Source of the DNA: Patescibacteria group bacterium
Lineage (GTDB): Bacteria > Patescibacteriota > Patescibacteriia > UBA10025 > JAHIVO01
Assembly (NCBI GenBank): GCA_049325535.1
Contig: JBMOKY010000001.1
Location: 941,942-1,005,941 of the forward strand
DNA: 64,000 nt
Direction: 5' to 3'
How positions within the stretch are numbered: the first letter of the stretch is position 1; each line of letters begins with the position of its first letter. The notes under the pieces are model-generated. The model saw only the letters and a list, made by a program, of their open reading frames with translations, ran no database searches and was not told the DNA's origin. Both the position numbers and the translations under genes were made by a program. Shown one piece after another: positions 19,114 through 27,395 of this stretch.

Positions 19114-19500
19114 CTACTGATGGGTGACCCGCTGCACCACCCCGGCCGCCAGAGCAAACCGCAGCGGATCCCAGTATTTCATATGATCAGAGATTGCCCG
19201 CCGCATGCGATCCAGCCAACCAGACACCCGGTATCTGACAGATGCCAGCAGCACCCCGGCAGCCGCCAGCAGTAACAAGACGACCCAAACGGCCAATCGT
19301 ATCGGCTCGACCAATGCCATATCAAAATGCGGCAGTAAATCCAGTGATTGGCGTGCTGCCGTGAGTGACCCCATATGACACATAGGGGCGTGCGCATCCT
19401 GCACGGCAGCCAGTACGCTAAAATCGCAGGATGTTTTCACCAGCGGTAAAGCCAGAGAAATGAGTATGATGATAAAGGTGATTTTTCCCAGCGTTCGCAT
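19114..19500 (-). CDS. small two-TM membrane protein with Cys/His/Met-containing loop (TSCDFS…HAPMCHMGS)
   Basis: Start placed at internal Met (MRTLGKITFIIILISL…); 128 aa. It heads the dsb operon and could be metal-binding. Confidence 0.5.
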   Translation of the reverse strand: MRTLGKITFIIILISLALPLVKTSCDFSVLAAVQDAHAPMCHMGSLTAARQSLDLLPHFDMALVEPIRLAVWVVLLLLAAAGVLLASVRYRVSGWLDRMRRAISDHMKYWDPLRFALAAGVVQRVTHQ

Positions 19501-19760
19501 ATTGATAGTAATTATTATTATACAACAATGCGGCTCACTCGACAACCAGCCAACCAAGCTCAATTGCTTATACGTGAGAAAAGGACTCGCTATTTCACTG
19601 TGATGCACCTCATCTATCGGTGTCGAGCTTTCTGTTCCTTCACCCGATACCGCACCATCCTTTTAATCAAACCATAGGGAATCGGCGCTGTAAACGGAAA
19701 TCGTACCGTACCTTTGTCAGTGCTGTATGTGGATAATTCTTTGGCAAACGCTCTGGGACC

Positions 19761-19832
19761 AGGAGTCGAACCTGGATAACTACGTTAACAGCGTAGAGTT
19801 TTACCTATTAAACTATCCCAGAGTTCGGCGGG
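19761..19832 (-). tRNA. tRNA-Asn (GTT), AT-rich copy
   Basis: The cloverleaf was folded by hand: acceptor TCTGGGA/TCCCAGA, D-stem GTTT/AAAC, anticodon stem CTACG/CGTAG, loop CTGTTAA, T-stem CCAGG/CCTGG, T-loop TTCGACT, discriminator G, 72 nt, no encoded CCA. Confidence 0.8.
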
Positions 19833-19871
19833 CAGGCAGTGCAGGGTTTTGCCTTTTAAACTATTTCGGAA

Positions 19872-19896
19872 TAAAAAATTCCGCCTCTTCGGCGGA
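19872..19896 (-). terminator. Rho-independent terminator downstream of dedA (stem TCCGCC/GGCGGA, then T6)
   Basis: Minus-strand reading is TCCGCCGAAGAGGCGGAATTTTTT. Confidence 0.6.
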
Positions 19897-20015
19897 TCAT
19901 CATTATTTCGCTCAACACGTCAAATCACGCCGAAGGCAATCGGTGTAAGAAATTATTATTGGTTACGGAATAATGTGTCATACGCGGATGATAGTAGCGT
20001 AGGTGCAGGCAATTG

Positions 20016-20723
20016 TCAAACAGGGCTGCGTCGGTTGATGCTCCGCTGAACCAATACCGCAACAAACACCAGTGCCAGCATACCGGCAAAATACCACGTC
20101 TGGACCGCTTCGGACGCTTCGACTAATTTTTTGCCAAACGAAGTGAGTATAGTCAGATTGATGGCAAATCCAATGGGCATATACAGAGCAAACCGACGGT
20201 AGGGCATCCGGGATAGGCCGACCACATACCCGATCATATCCGTCGGGAATAAAATGGGGATGATGTATGTCAAAGCAATCAACAGCCGATTGCGGCGGAA
20301 AAAGGCGTCGTAGGAATCGATATGCTTCCCCCGCACGATTTTTTCTACCACCGGCCGGCCGAGTTTCCTGCCGATCATGAACGTAAGCGACGAGCCGATG
20401 ACATTGGCTACCCAGACGTAGAGCACCCCCGGCCAGACGCCATAGAGCACGCCAGCAGCGATGGAAATGAAAGTGCCGGGAATTGGCGCCAGGATAGACT
20501 CAGCGACGATTGTCAGCATCATGGCCAGCGGTCCGGTCGCGCCCAGACGCTCGGTCCATTCCTGTATGGTCGCTACGTCAGGCAACGGCGGGTTCCACCA
20601 GATAAACGCGCCCACGATTAATACGATTCCTCCGATGATGAGGAAGTCCTGTTTCCAGTCACCGGCTTCACGCCGGAGTATCCATCGCACTGTGCCGCGT
20701 ACAGACATGCCGGTATTGTACAC
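20016..20723 (-). CDS. DedA / TVP38 family membrane protein
   Basis: 235 aa with DedA-like topology and sequence (…GRKLGRPVVEKI…). Confidence 0.85.
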   Translation of the reverse strand: MYNTGMSVRGTVRWILRREAGDWKQDFLIIGGIVLIVGAFIWWNPPLPDVATIQEWTERLGATGPLAMMLTIVAESILAPIPGTFISIAAGVLYGVWPGVLYVWVANVIGSSLTFMIGRKLGRPVVEKIVRGKHIDSYDAFFRRNRLLIALTYIIPILFPTDMIGYVVGLSRMPYRRFALYMPIGFAINLTILTSFGKKLVEASEAVQTWYFAGMLALVFVAVLVQRSINRRSPV

Positions 20724-20726
20724 TAC

Positions 20727-21938
20727 TTATCCGCCGAAGGACAGCAGTGTCGGATCGATGATGAGTAATATGCCAATAATCAATATGGCAACTCCGCCGA
20801 CCAGGGTAGCGTACCGGCTCCATTTTCCTTCAGTGCCGATGGCCTTCATGGTCACCATGGCGATAAAAAATACCACCAGGTCATCCAGCATGAATATACA
20901 CACGTACAGCAGTAAATACCCATAGTAGCTGACGCGAGACAGCTCGCTCAGGCTCAGTACCTGGGTATAGACGGCGGGCAAACCGGCTGAACACATCAGC
21001 TCAATCAGATTGACCACAAACGCCACGCCAATGATACCAGGGATAGCCAACCACAGCGTCCGTTCATGCACCACCCGCTTGATCCGGTCAGTTATTTTCC
21101 GTTTCTGTTCAACGTTCGTCACCTCGCACACGCCGGGACGCGACTTGACGAAGCGTCGCAGATAGTATGCCCCTACCCCCAGCGCACCCAAACCGACCAG
21201 GATCTGCAGCCACCGCACTATTCCCACGAATCGAAACAGCTCCAGCCATGCTGCCAAAAAAATAAAATAGACCATAGCTGAAGCGGCAATAAATGTCACC
21301 CCCAAAAGCCACATGCGCCGGCGGTTTTGCATTCCTAGCAGCAGACCGATCAATATCAGGAGCACCCACATGGCACAGGGATTGAATCCGTCCACCGCCG
21401 CTATCACCACAGTCAAGCCAAACAGCGGATACGCGCTGGTGTCGATAGCACCAAAAAACGGAAGCTCGATCATACGCCTCTCGCTCGGGGTCACCTCCCG
21501 GCTCGGTTCAGGAAGCGATTCGCCCTGTACCAACACCAGAGTATCTGGACAGTTTTTCTGGAAGCAGGATTCGATGATCCCCTGTATCTCAGCTCCGGTA
21601 GTGGTGTCTCCGCCATACCCGACGACCACGTGTGAGCCAATAAATGTGGCGGGCACGCCGTTGATCGGCTCCGTAAACGCGGCGACAAACTGATAAAAAA
21701 GAGACAGCGATGCTGGCGTGCTAATTTCATAACGCTCCACCCGCAGCCGGTCGCCATACAGGCTCTGCAGCTGATCAATAAATACTTCTTCCCGCGCGCA
21801 GTGGGGGCAAGTTTCGCTATAAAAAAAATACATAGTTACGTCCGCGACCTGCTCATCGGCCGCTGCACCCGGCGTACCGGCGATGACGCACGCCACCACC
21901 GAGCAGAGCACCAATCCATGGAATAGCCATTTAATCAT
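20727..21938 (-). CDS. thioredoxin-like domain fused to CcdA/DsbD-type transmembrane electron-transfer domain
   Basis: Signal peptide, a periplasmic Trx-like module with CPHC (FFYSETCPHCAREE), then a multi-TM domain with the two separated TM cysteines characteristic of CcdA/DsbD-beta (…DGFNPCAMW… and …ELMCSAGLP…). Confidence 0.85.
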   Translation of the reverse strand: MIKWLFHGLVLCSVVACVIAGTPGAAADEQVADVTMYFFYSETCPHCAREEVFIDQLQSLYGDRLRVERYEISTPASLSLFYQFVAAFTEPINGVPATFIGSHVVVGYGGDTTTGAEIQGIIESCFQKNCPDTLVLVQGESLPEPSREVTPSERRMIELPFFGAIDTSAYPLFGLTVVIAAVDGFNPCAMWVLLILIGLLLGMQNRRRMWLLGVTFIAASAMVYFIFLAAWLELFRFVGIVRWLQILVGLGALGVGAYYLRRFVKSRPGVCEVTNVEQKRKITDRIKRVVHERTLWLAIPGIIGVAFVVNLIELMCSAGLPAVYTQVLSLSELSRVSYYGYLLLYVCIFMLDDLVVFFIAMVTMKAIGTEGKWSRYATLVGGVAILIIGILLIIDPTLLSFGG

Positions 21939-22212
21939 ATGGTTCTATGGCAATTGCTTTACCGGCTACCAGCGCACGGGCAACTTTGTTCCGGGCGCTG
22001 CACAGCACCCGCTGAATGGTGCTTTGCGACGTATGTAGATGCCGGGCTGCACGGTTCTGATCATATCCCAAATCATCGATGAGCCAAACAACTTCTAATT
22101 CTTCACGTGAAAGATTGACCGTAGTCAGCGCGTGCAACGGTATTCCACGCGGCTTAAAATAGGTTACTTCGGGGCGAATGCACAGACGTCTGCGCAATTT
22201 TGGTCGTGGCAT
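21931..22212 (-). CDS. DUF134 (UPF0251) predicted DNA-binding protein
   Basis: 93 aa with typical DUF134 sequence (…LSREELEVVWLIDDLGYDQNRAARHLHTSQSTIQRVL…); overlaps the downstream Trx-CcdA gene by 8 nt. Confidence 0.75.
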   Translation of the reverse strand: MPRPKLRRRLCIRPEVTYFKPRGIPLHALTTVNLSREELEVVWLIDDLGYDQNRAARHLHTSQSTIQRVLCSARNKVARALVAGKAIAIEPYD

Positions 22213-22227
22213 GTATCATCCGTAAAA

Positions 22228-22446
22228 TTATTTTTTTAGTTCGCGTAACCGAGTATTGATTTCATCTAGCATGGCTTCGGCACGCTGTTTTTCCTCAGCC
22301 AAGTACGCGCGTTCCTCTGCAGGAGTCAGGCGCAGCCGCGTGCCTCTCCAGATCGGCCAACCGGCTGAGACGCCTGCCTGACAAGACCCGCGGTGCCAAC
22401 CGAGTGGTCCGGTACCGTACGGCCCAGTTCCGTCTCCATATGGCAT
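22228..22446 (-). CDS. DUF5320 family protein (usual partner of DUF134)
   Basis: Start at MPYGDGTGPYGTGPLGW…, a Gly/Pro-rich N-terminus and a C-terminal coiled coil (…EEKQRAEAMLDEINTRLRELKK), matching the DUF5320 pattern. Confidence 0.7.
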   Translation of the reverse strand: MPYGDGTGPYGTGPLGWHRGSCQAGVSAGWPIWRGTRLRLTPAEERAYLAEEKQRAEAMLDEINTRLRELKK

Positions 22447-22462
22447 ATATATCACCTTCTTT

Positions 22463-22488
22463 CTATTATGAATATATATTCATAATAG
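22463..22488. promoter_or_regulatory. Perfect 26-bp palindrome CTATTATGAATAT|ATATTCATAATAG, 17 bp upstream of the DUF5320-DUF134-trx/ccdA-dedA operon
   Basis: Verified by reverse-complementing (13-bp arms with no spacer); candidate operator or promoter element. Confidence 0.55.
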
Positions 22489-22543
22489 AACAGGCGCCAA
22501 AATTTGTCAATTCTAATATAAACCATTTCCCGTCATATTATTC

Positions 22544-23509
22544 CTACAAAAATACATTAAACAAATAACCAGTAAAAATAATACCAATTCCTACTATGCC
22601 ACCAAATATCATAATTAATTTCAAACGCATTACTTTTTTCAGAATCATAAACTCAGGTAATGATAAAGCGGTTACCGACATCATGAAAGCAAGCGTCGTG
22701 CCCATAGCCACGCCTTTTTCCGTCAACGCACCAACCAAGGGAATAACCCCTGCCGCATTTGCATAAAGCGGAATACCTATCAGCACTGCCAGAGGAACAG
22801 CATACCAGGCGTTATGACTAGCAAATCTGGCTAAGAAGTCCGTCGGCACATATCCATGGATCCAGGCGCCGACACCAATACCAATTATCACGTAAAGCCA
22901 TACCTTTTTAATGATGCCCAGCGTATAGTCCATTGCGTATGCAACCCTTACTTTCCGAGTCATGCGTGGTACGGCACGTTCTCCTAGTACCGTCTGCTGA
23001 TAGACAAATGGCGACACGAGCGTCTCGACTTTCATGGCGCCAATGACTATTCCAGCCGCTACTGCAATGATCAAACCGCTCACTATGTAGAGTACGGCGA
23101 TTTTCCAGCCAAACATTCCCAAAAGCAACACCAGCGCCACTTCGTTGATCATGGGTGAGGCAACCAGAAACGAAAATGTCACCCCTAATGGCACGCCTGC
23201 TTGGACAAAACCTAAAAATAACGGGATCGCTGAACAAGTACAAAAAGGCGTCACGATACCTAAGACAGACGCAATAATATTTCCCGCATATTTGTTCTGA
23301 CGCAATAGTAATGCCCTGATTTTCTCTGGGGGCACATAGGTACGGAGAATCGAAACAAAGAAAACGATGACGGCCAATAAAATAAATATTTTTATCGAAT
23401 CATAAATAAAAAAATTAACCGACTCCGCCAAATGTGTCTTTGGATCGAGGGGGAAAATGACCGTCGTCACCCATTCAGCAAACCATTCGATTGGAGAAAA
23501 AATATTCAC
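22544..23509 (-). CDS. COG0701-type permease (DUF318; ArsP-like, TPFCTCS motif)
   Basis: 321 aa with ~8-10 TM and the conserved TPFCTCSAIPLF motif. Confidence 0.8.
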   Translation of the reverse strand: MNIFSPIEWFAEWVTTVIFPLDPKTHLAESVNFFIYDSIKIFILLAVIVFFVSILRTYVPPEKIRALLLRQNKYAGNIIASVLGIVTPFCTCSAIPLFLGFVQAGVPLGVTFSFLVASPMINEVALVLLLGMFGWKIAVLYIVSGLIIAVAAGIVIGAMKVETLVSPFVYQQTVLGERAVPRMTRKVRVAYAMDYTLGIIKKVWLYVIIGIGVGAWIHGYVPTDFLARFASHNAWYAVPLAVLIGIPLYANAAGVIPLVGALTEKGVAMGTTLAFMMSVTALSLPEFMILKKVMRLKLIMIFGGIVGIGIIFTGYLFNVFL

Positions 23510-23510
23510 C

Positions 23511-23753
23511 TCAACCTATATGCTTTTTAATTATTGCTGTTACCTGTTCTTTATTCGGACTCAGCCCAACGAGTACCGGCTTGCCATCTATGGCCAACAC
23601 GGGGCTGGATAGAACACCCATCGCTACTATTTTTTGAACGTCAGTTATATATTCAACGTGAGTACTCAACCCTAATGCACTCACTACTTCTTTCGTTATG
23701 GCAAATAATTTGTGGCAGGTCGGGCAACCCGAGCCGAGTACTTGGATGATCAT
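23511..23753 (-). CDS. thioredoxin-family 'redox-active disulfide protein 2'-like small protein
   Basis: 80 aa with N-terminal GSGCPTC, the usual partner of COG0701 permeases. Confidence 0.8.
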   Translation of the reverse strand: MIIQVLGSGCPTCHKLFAITKEVVSALGLSTHVEYITDVQKIVAMGVLSSPVLAIDGKPVLVGLSPNKEQVTAIIKKHIG

Positions 23754-24055
23754 AATGGTATCGAATTTGTCAGGAGGCGATGGAATTTTTTAATTACTCT
23801 TTCATTTCGCGCATAGATGATCCGAGTTCCCTCACGGCGGGACGTTAAAAACTCGGCATCACGAAGCATTTTTAAGTGGTGTGATGTGAGATTTTGAGGA
23901 AGATCCAATGCTTGGAAAATATCGCACACGCATCGCTCACCTTTTTTGAGCAAACACAATATACGTAACCGATTCGGTTCCGCCAAAACTGCTAACTCAT
24001 CGGCTAAACTGACAATATTTTTATCTTCGAGAGAGCCCGGTGCGCAACATTTCAT
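23750..24055 (-). CDS. ArsR/SmtB family transcriptional regulator
   Basis: 101 aa with a winged HTH (…EPNRLRILCLLKKGERCVCDIFQALDLPQNLTSHHLKMLRDAEFL…). Confidence 0.85.
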   Translation of the reverse strand: MKCCAPGSLEDKNIVSLADELAVLAEPNRLRILCLLKKGERCVCDIFQALDLPQNLTSHHLKMLRDAEFLTSRREGTRIIYARNERVIKKFHRLLTNSIPL

Positions 24056-24076
24056 ATATCAATAGATATTGATATA
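24055..24076. promoter_or_regulatory. Perfect 10-2-10 inverted repeat TATATCAATA-GA-TATTGATATA abutting the arsR start codon (candidate ArsR operator)
   Basis: Verified by reverse-complementing; located at the 5' end of the arsR-trx-permease operon. Confidence 0.6.
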
Positions 24077-24118
24077 TGAAGCATAACGAAACTAAGTAGA
24101 CCGGTCAAGCCCTACCCT

Positions 24119-24451
24119 TTAATACACGCGGCTGCCTAAGGGTGCGTCTCGATCCGGTTGGAGCAAGACTAATGCGCCGGTCTCGTTTGAGACACCCATC
24201 ACCAGCACCTCAGACATAAACCCGGCAATATTTTTGGGTGGGAAATTGACGGTGCAGACTACGAGCCGCTGAAGCAATTGCTCGGGCGTGTAATCCCGTT
24301 TTGCCTGGACGCTGGACCACTTGGTGCCGAGCTCAGCGCCGAAATCAACCTGCACGCGAAAGGATGGATTTTTCGCCCGAGGAAATTCTTCCACCGCAAT
24401 TATTCGGCCGACGCGCATGTCTACTTTCTGGAAATCATCGTAGGTAATCAT
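24119..24451 (-). CDS. csaA: CsaA/EMAP-type tRNA-binding domain protein
   Basis: 110 aa, MITYDDFQKVDMRVGRIIAVEEFP…, an OB-fold tRNA-binding domain typical of CsaA/YgjH. Confidence 0.8.
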   Translation of the reverse strand: MITYDDFQKVDMRVGRIIAVEEFPRAKNPSFRVQVDFGAELGTKWSSVQAKRDYTPEQLLQRLVVCTVNFPPKNIAGFMSEVLVMGVSNETGALVLLQPDRDAPLGSRVY

Positions 24452-24978
24452 AATTCAAAAGGAATACTAGCAAAGGAATAGAGAAATATAACAACTCCTG
24501 CTGCGCCTAATAATAGCAACACGGTATCGAGCAGTCCGCCTGTTCGCACGCGCAGCATCCGGGGTAATAACCCAATGCGCAATTGTAATGGCCAGAGGAG
24601 TCCAATGCCGGATTTGGTGAGCGCATCCAGCAAAAGATGGCTCAGATACGCAAGTAACACGACCATCCATGCCACCGTATTTGTTGGCAATAGGACCGCA
24701 ATGACGATACTCACGGCCACCAGTATGACCGCGGAATGGAGAAACCCCCGGTGCCCAAAAACCATCCCCGTCACCAGAGCAACCGGCGCTAGTGGTTTGA
24801 CACGCATATGTCGGCTGCCAATGGATAAATTTTTGATGGTCGATTCAGACGCGTCCAGATCTGGGATCAATGCCACAAAAGCTGCCACTGCTACCCACCA
24901 GGGTGCCACGACCCAGCCCAGTGCCACCGGGATCCACACGGCATTTGCCCCCACCGCTGCATGAGTCACGCCGCGCAT
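24448..24978 (-). CDS. DUF457 / YdjM-like membrane-bound metal-dependent hydrolase
   Basis: 176 aa, starting MRGVTHAAVGA…, with 4 TM and IPDLDA motifs. Confidence 0.65.
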   Translation of the reverse strand: MRGVTHAAVGANAVWIPVALGWVVAPWWVAVAAFVALIPDLDASESTIKNLSIGSRHMRVKPLAPVALVTGMVFGHRGFLHSAVILVAVSIVIAVLLPTNTVAWMVVLLAYLSHLLLDALTKSGIGLLWPLQLRIGLLPRMLRVRTGGLLDTVLLLLGAAGVVIFLYSFASIPFEL

Positions 24979-24980
24979 AC

Positions 24981-25853
24981 CTAGACGTCAATATTGAAAA
25001 ACCTACTGACGACAAATCCAATTGCAAACGTAACGGCAGCAACCCCGAGACTCAACCCTGCCATCTCGATAAATCGCTTGCGGAATGAATACCCCTGCGC
25101 CACCGACACATAGTAATTGAATAACGCAATAATAACGAGTGCGGCGCTCAATGAAATGGCCAGTGCCACGAACGGATTGTCCAGAAAAAAGAATGGCAAT
25201 ATCAAAATAATAACCGTCAATACATACGCTGTACCCGTATATAGTGAAGCGCGCACCGGATGCCGGCCATCGCCCTCACTTTTCGTAGATAGATATTCTG
25301 ACACCGCCATGGACAATGACGCGGCAATGCCCGTGATCAAGCCGACCACCGCAATAATATCCGTCCGCTGCAACGTCAGGGTAAAACCAGCCAAAGCGCC
25401 GGTTAATTCTACCAGTGCATCATTGAGACCGAGCACCATCGAGCCGACGTATTTCAACCGCTCTTCATCGATCATGGCGATGAGTTCTTTCTCATGTCGC
25501 TCTTCGTCACGGATGATCTGCTCATCGATCTGAGTGAGCTGAGCACTGGAGGCATAATTCGCTTGGGCTTTTTCTTCGCCTCGCTCCATGAGTTTCACCG
25601 CAAACGTCAGACCAAAAATACGACCCAACAATACGTACCACCGAACCATACTCAGGCGCGGAGCAATTTCCTGACCCGAGCGCTCTTTCCAGAAATGGTA
25701 GTGCGCTAATTCATCTGCAGCAATCCGCTCCAGTACCTGTCGATTATGCGCATCGCGCATGCTGGCCGCTAAACGCAAATAAATATGGTGTTCGGTAATC
25801 TCGGTCTGCTGAGCAATGCGGATAAGTTTTTGAGCTTCGGTTAGGATTGTCAT
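24981..25853 (-). CDS. rubrerythrin/ferritin-like domain fused to VIT1/CCC1 iron-transporter domain (MbfA-like)
   Basis: The N-terminus is an erythrin-type four-helix bundle (…EHHIYLRLA…ADELAHYHFW…DEERHEKEL…) and the C-terminus a VIT1-like TM domain (…GLNDALVELTGALAGF…). Confidence 0.8.
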   Translation of the reverse strand: MTILTEAQKLIRIAQQTEITEHHIYLRLAASMRDAHNRQVLERIAADELAHYHFWKERSGQEIAPRLSMVRWYVLLGRIFGLTFAVKLMERGEEKAQANYASSAQLTQIDEQIIRDEERHEKELIAMIDEERLKYVGSMVLGLNDALVELTGALAGFTLTLQRTDIIAVVGLITGIAASLSMAVSEYLSTKSEGDGRHPVRASLYTGTAYVLTVIILILPFFFLDNPFVALAISLSAALVIIALFNYYVSVAQGYSFRKRFIEMAGLSLGVAAVTFAIGFVVSRFFNIDV

Positions 25854-26045
25854 TGCTATATTGTAGCACGAAATACGAAAACCGCCGGATCCACGGGTGA
25901 ATCGGCTACCCCACCGGGGATCCCGACGTATGTCAGGACAACCTACTTAAAAAACCCTCTGGTCCGGGGACAACCCGCCCGAACAATTTCAGTCGTTCAG
26001 TCGGGCGGGTACCACTGAATCGTCAAGTGAGCATCATACCCAGCC

Positions 26046-26117
26046 CTCCGGGGACAGGATTCGAACCTGCGACCAAGTGGTTAACAGCCACCTGCTCTAC
26101 CACTGAGCTACCCCGGA
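26046..26117 (-). tRNA. tRNA-Asn (GTT), GC-rich copy
   Basis: Hand-folded: acceptor TCCGGGG/CCCCGGA, D-arm GCTC-AGTGGTA-GAGC, anticodon stem GGTGG/CCACT with loop CTGTTAA, T-arm GCAGG-TTCGAAT-CCTGT, discriminator G, 72 nt. Confidence 0.9.
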
Positions 26118-26133
26118 GGGCTGGATAAAATGT

Positions 26134-27378
26134 TTAGTAATCCCGTAATTTTTTCATCCCTTTATGGTCTTCTATCTTCTCCAGCGCCTTCGCCTCGATC
26201 TGACGGATACGCTCACGGGTGACACCAAATTCCTGACCAACCTCCTCCAGCGTATGCGACACGCCATCCTGCAGTCCAAACCGCATTTCTAATATTTTCT
26301 GCTCACGAGGTGACAGCTCACGGATGATATCAGTCACATGGTCTTTCAGCAGCTGCATGGCGGCGACGCGATCCGGGGTAATCGTTTTTACGTCTTCGAT
26401 GAAATCCCCGAGCACCGAATCCTCGTCATCACTGTCACCCACCGACGTTTCCAGCGATACTGTGTCCTGGGATATTTTCATAATATGATGGATTTTGTCA
26501 ATATCCTCACCCATTTCCGCGGCAATCTCCTCAGGCATCGGCTCGCGCCCCAGATCCTGAATCAGCTGGCGCTCAATCTGCTGGAACCGATTGATTGTTT
26601 CCACCATATGCACCGGAATGCGAATTGTACGTGACTGATCAGCTAAGGCCCGGGTGATTGCTTGCCGGATCCACCACGTGGCATAGGTGGAAAATTTATA
26701 CCCTTTGCGATAGTCAAACTTCTCCACGGCACGAAACAAACCGATATTGCCTTCCTGAATTAAATCAAGCAACGACAGAGAGCGGCCGGTAAATTTCTTA
26801 GCTATGGAAACGACTAAGCGGAGATTCGCCTCTACCAGTTTCCGCTGGGCCTCCACCTCACCGCGCTCTTTCCGTTTGGCGAGCTCCATTTCCTCTTCTC
26901 CGGACAGCAGCGGCACTTTACCGATTTCCCGCAGATACATCTGGATAGAATCATTGGAAATATCGGACAGGTCCAACCGGCGGGCGTCCACTTCGGCTTT
27001 TTTACTGGCTTTCGGTGTCGGCTCTGGTTCGTCTAAATTCCCCAAAATACTGCCCGTATCTTCGATGACATTGATTCCGGCTCCTTCTAGCCGATCCAAA
27101 AAAGCCTCATACTGAGGCACGTATTCCTCCAATTGTCCAAACGCATAGAGTAACTCGGTCTCGGTCACGAAACCTCGGGCATGCGATTTTGCAAAAAGAC
27201 GGTTCAGGACACTGTCCTCGACGACAACTTTCTCCTTTTTTCCGCCACGGGCTGTCGATTTTTTAACTGCGGTCTTCCGGATATGGCGCGTGGATTTGCC
27301 AGCGGTACGTTTGGTTGGTTTGCTTGTTTTTTTCTTTGATGTCGATACCTTCTTTTTCGTATTCAATTTGGTGGGCAT
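26134..27378 (-). CDS. rpoD: RNA polymerase sigma factor RpoD (sigma-70)
   Basis: Regions 1.2-4 are present (…[14 protein letters not shown]…, …[19 protein letters not shown]…). Confidence 0.95.
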   Translation of the reverse strand: MPTKLNTKKKVSTSKKKTSKPTKRTAGKSTRHIRKTAVKKSTARGGKKEKVVVEDSVLNRLFAKSHARGFVTETELLYAFGQLEEYVPQYEAFLDRLEGAGINVIEDTGSILGNLDEPEPTPKASKKAEVDARRLDLSDISNDSIQMYLREIGKVPLLSGEEEMELAKRKERGEVEAQRKLVEANLRLVVSIAKKFTGRSLSLLDLIQEGNIGLFRAVEKFDYRKGYKFSTYATWWIRQAITRALADQSRTIRIPVHMVETINRFQQIERQLIQDLGREPMPEEIAAEMGEDIDKIHHIMKISQDTVSLETSVGDSDDEDSVLGDFIEDVKTITPDRVAAMQLLKDHVTDIIRELSPREQKILEMRFGLQDGVSHTLEEVGQEFGVTRERIRQIEAKALEKIEDHKGMKKLRDY

Positions 27379-27395
27379 GTCAGAATAACTAAAAA

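Noticed and set aside
19727-19948. 73-aa plus-strand ORF
   Set aside because: It overlaps the AT-rich tRNA-Asn and the dedA terminator, with no RBS.
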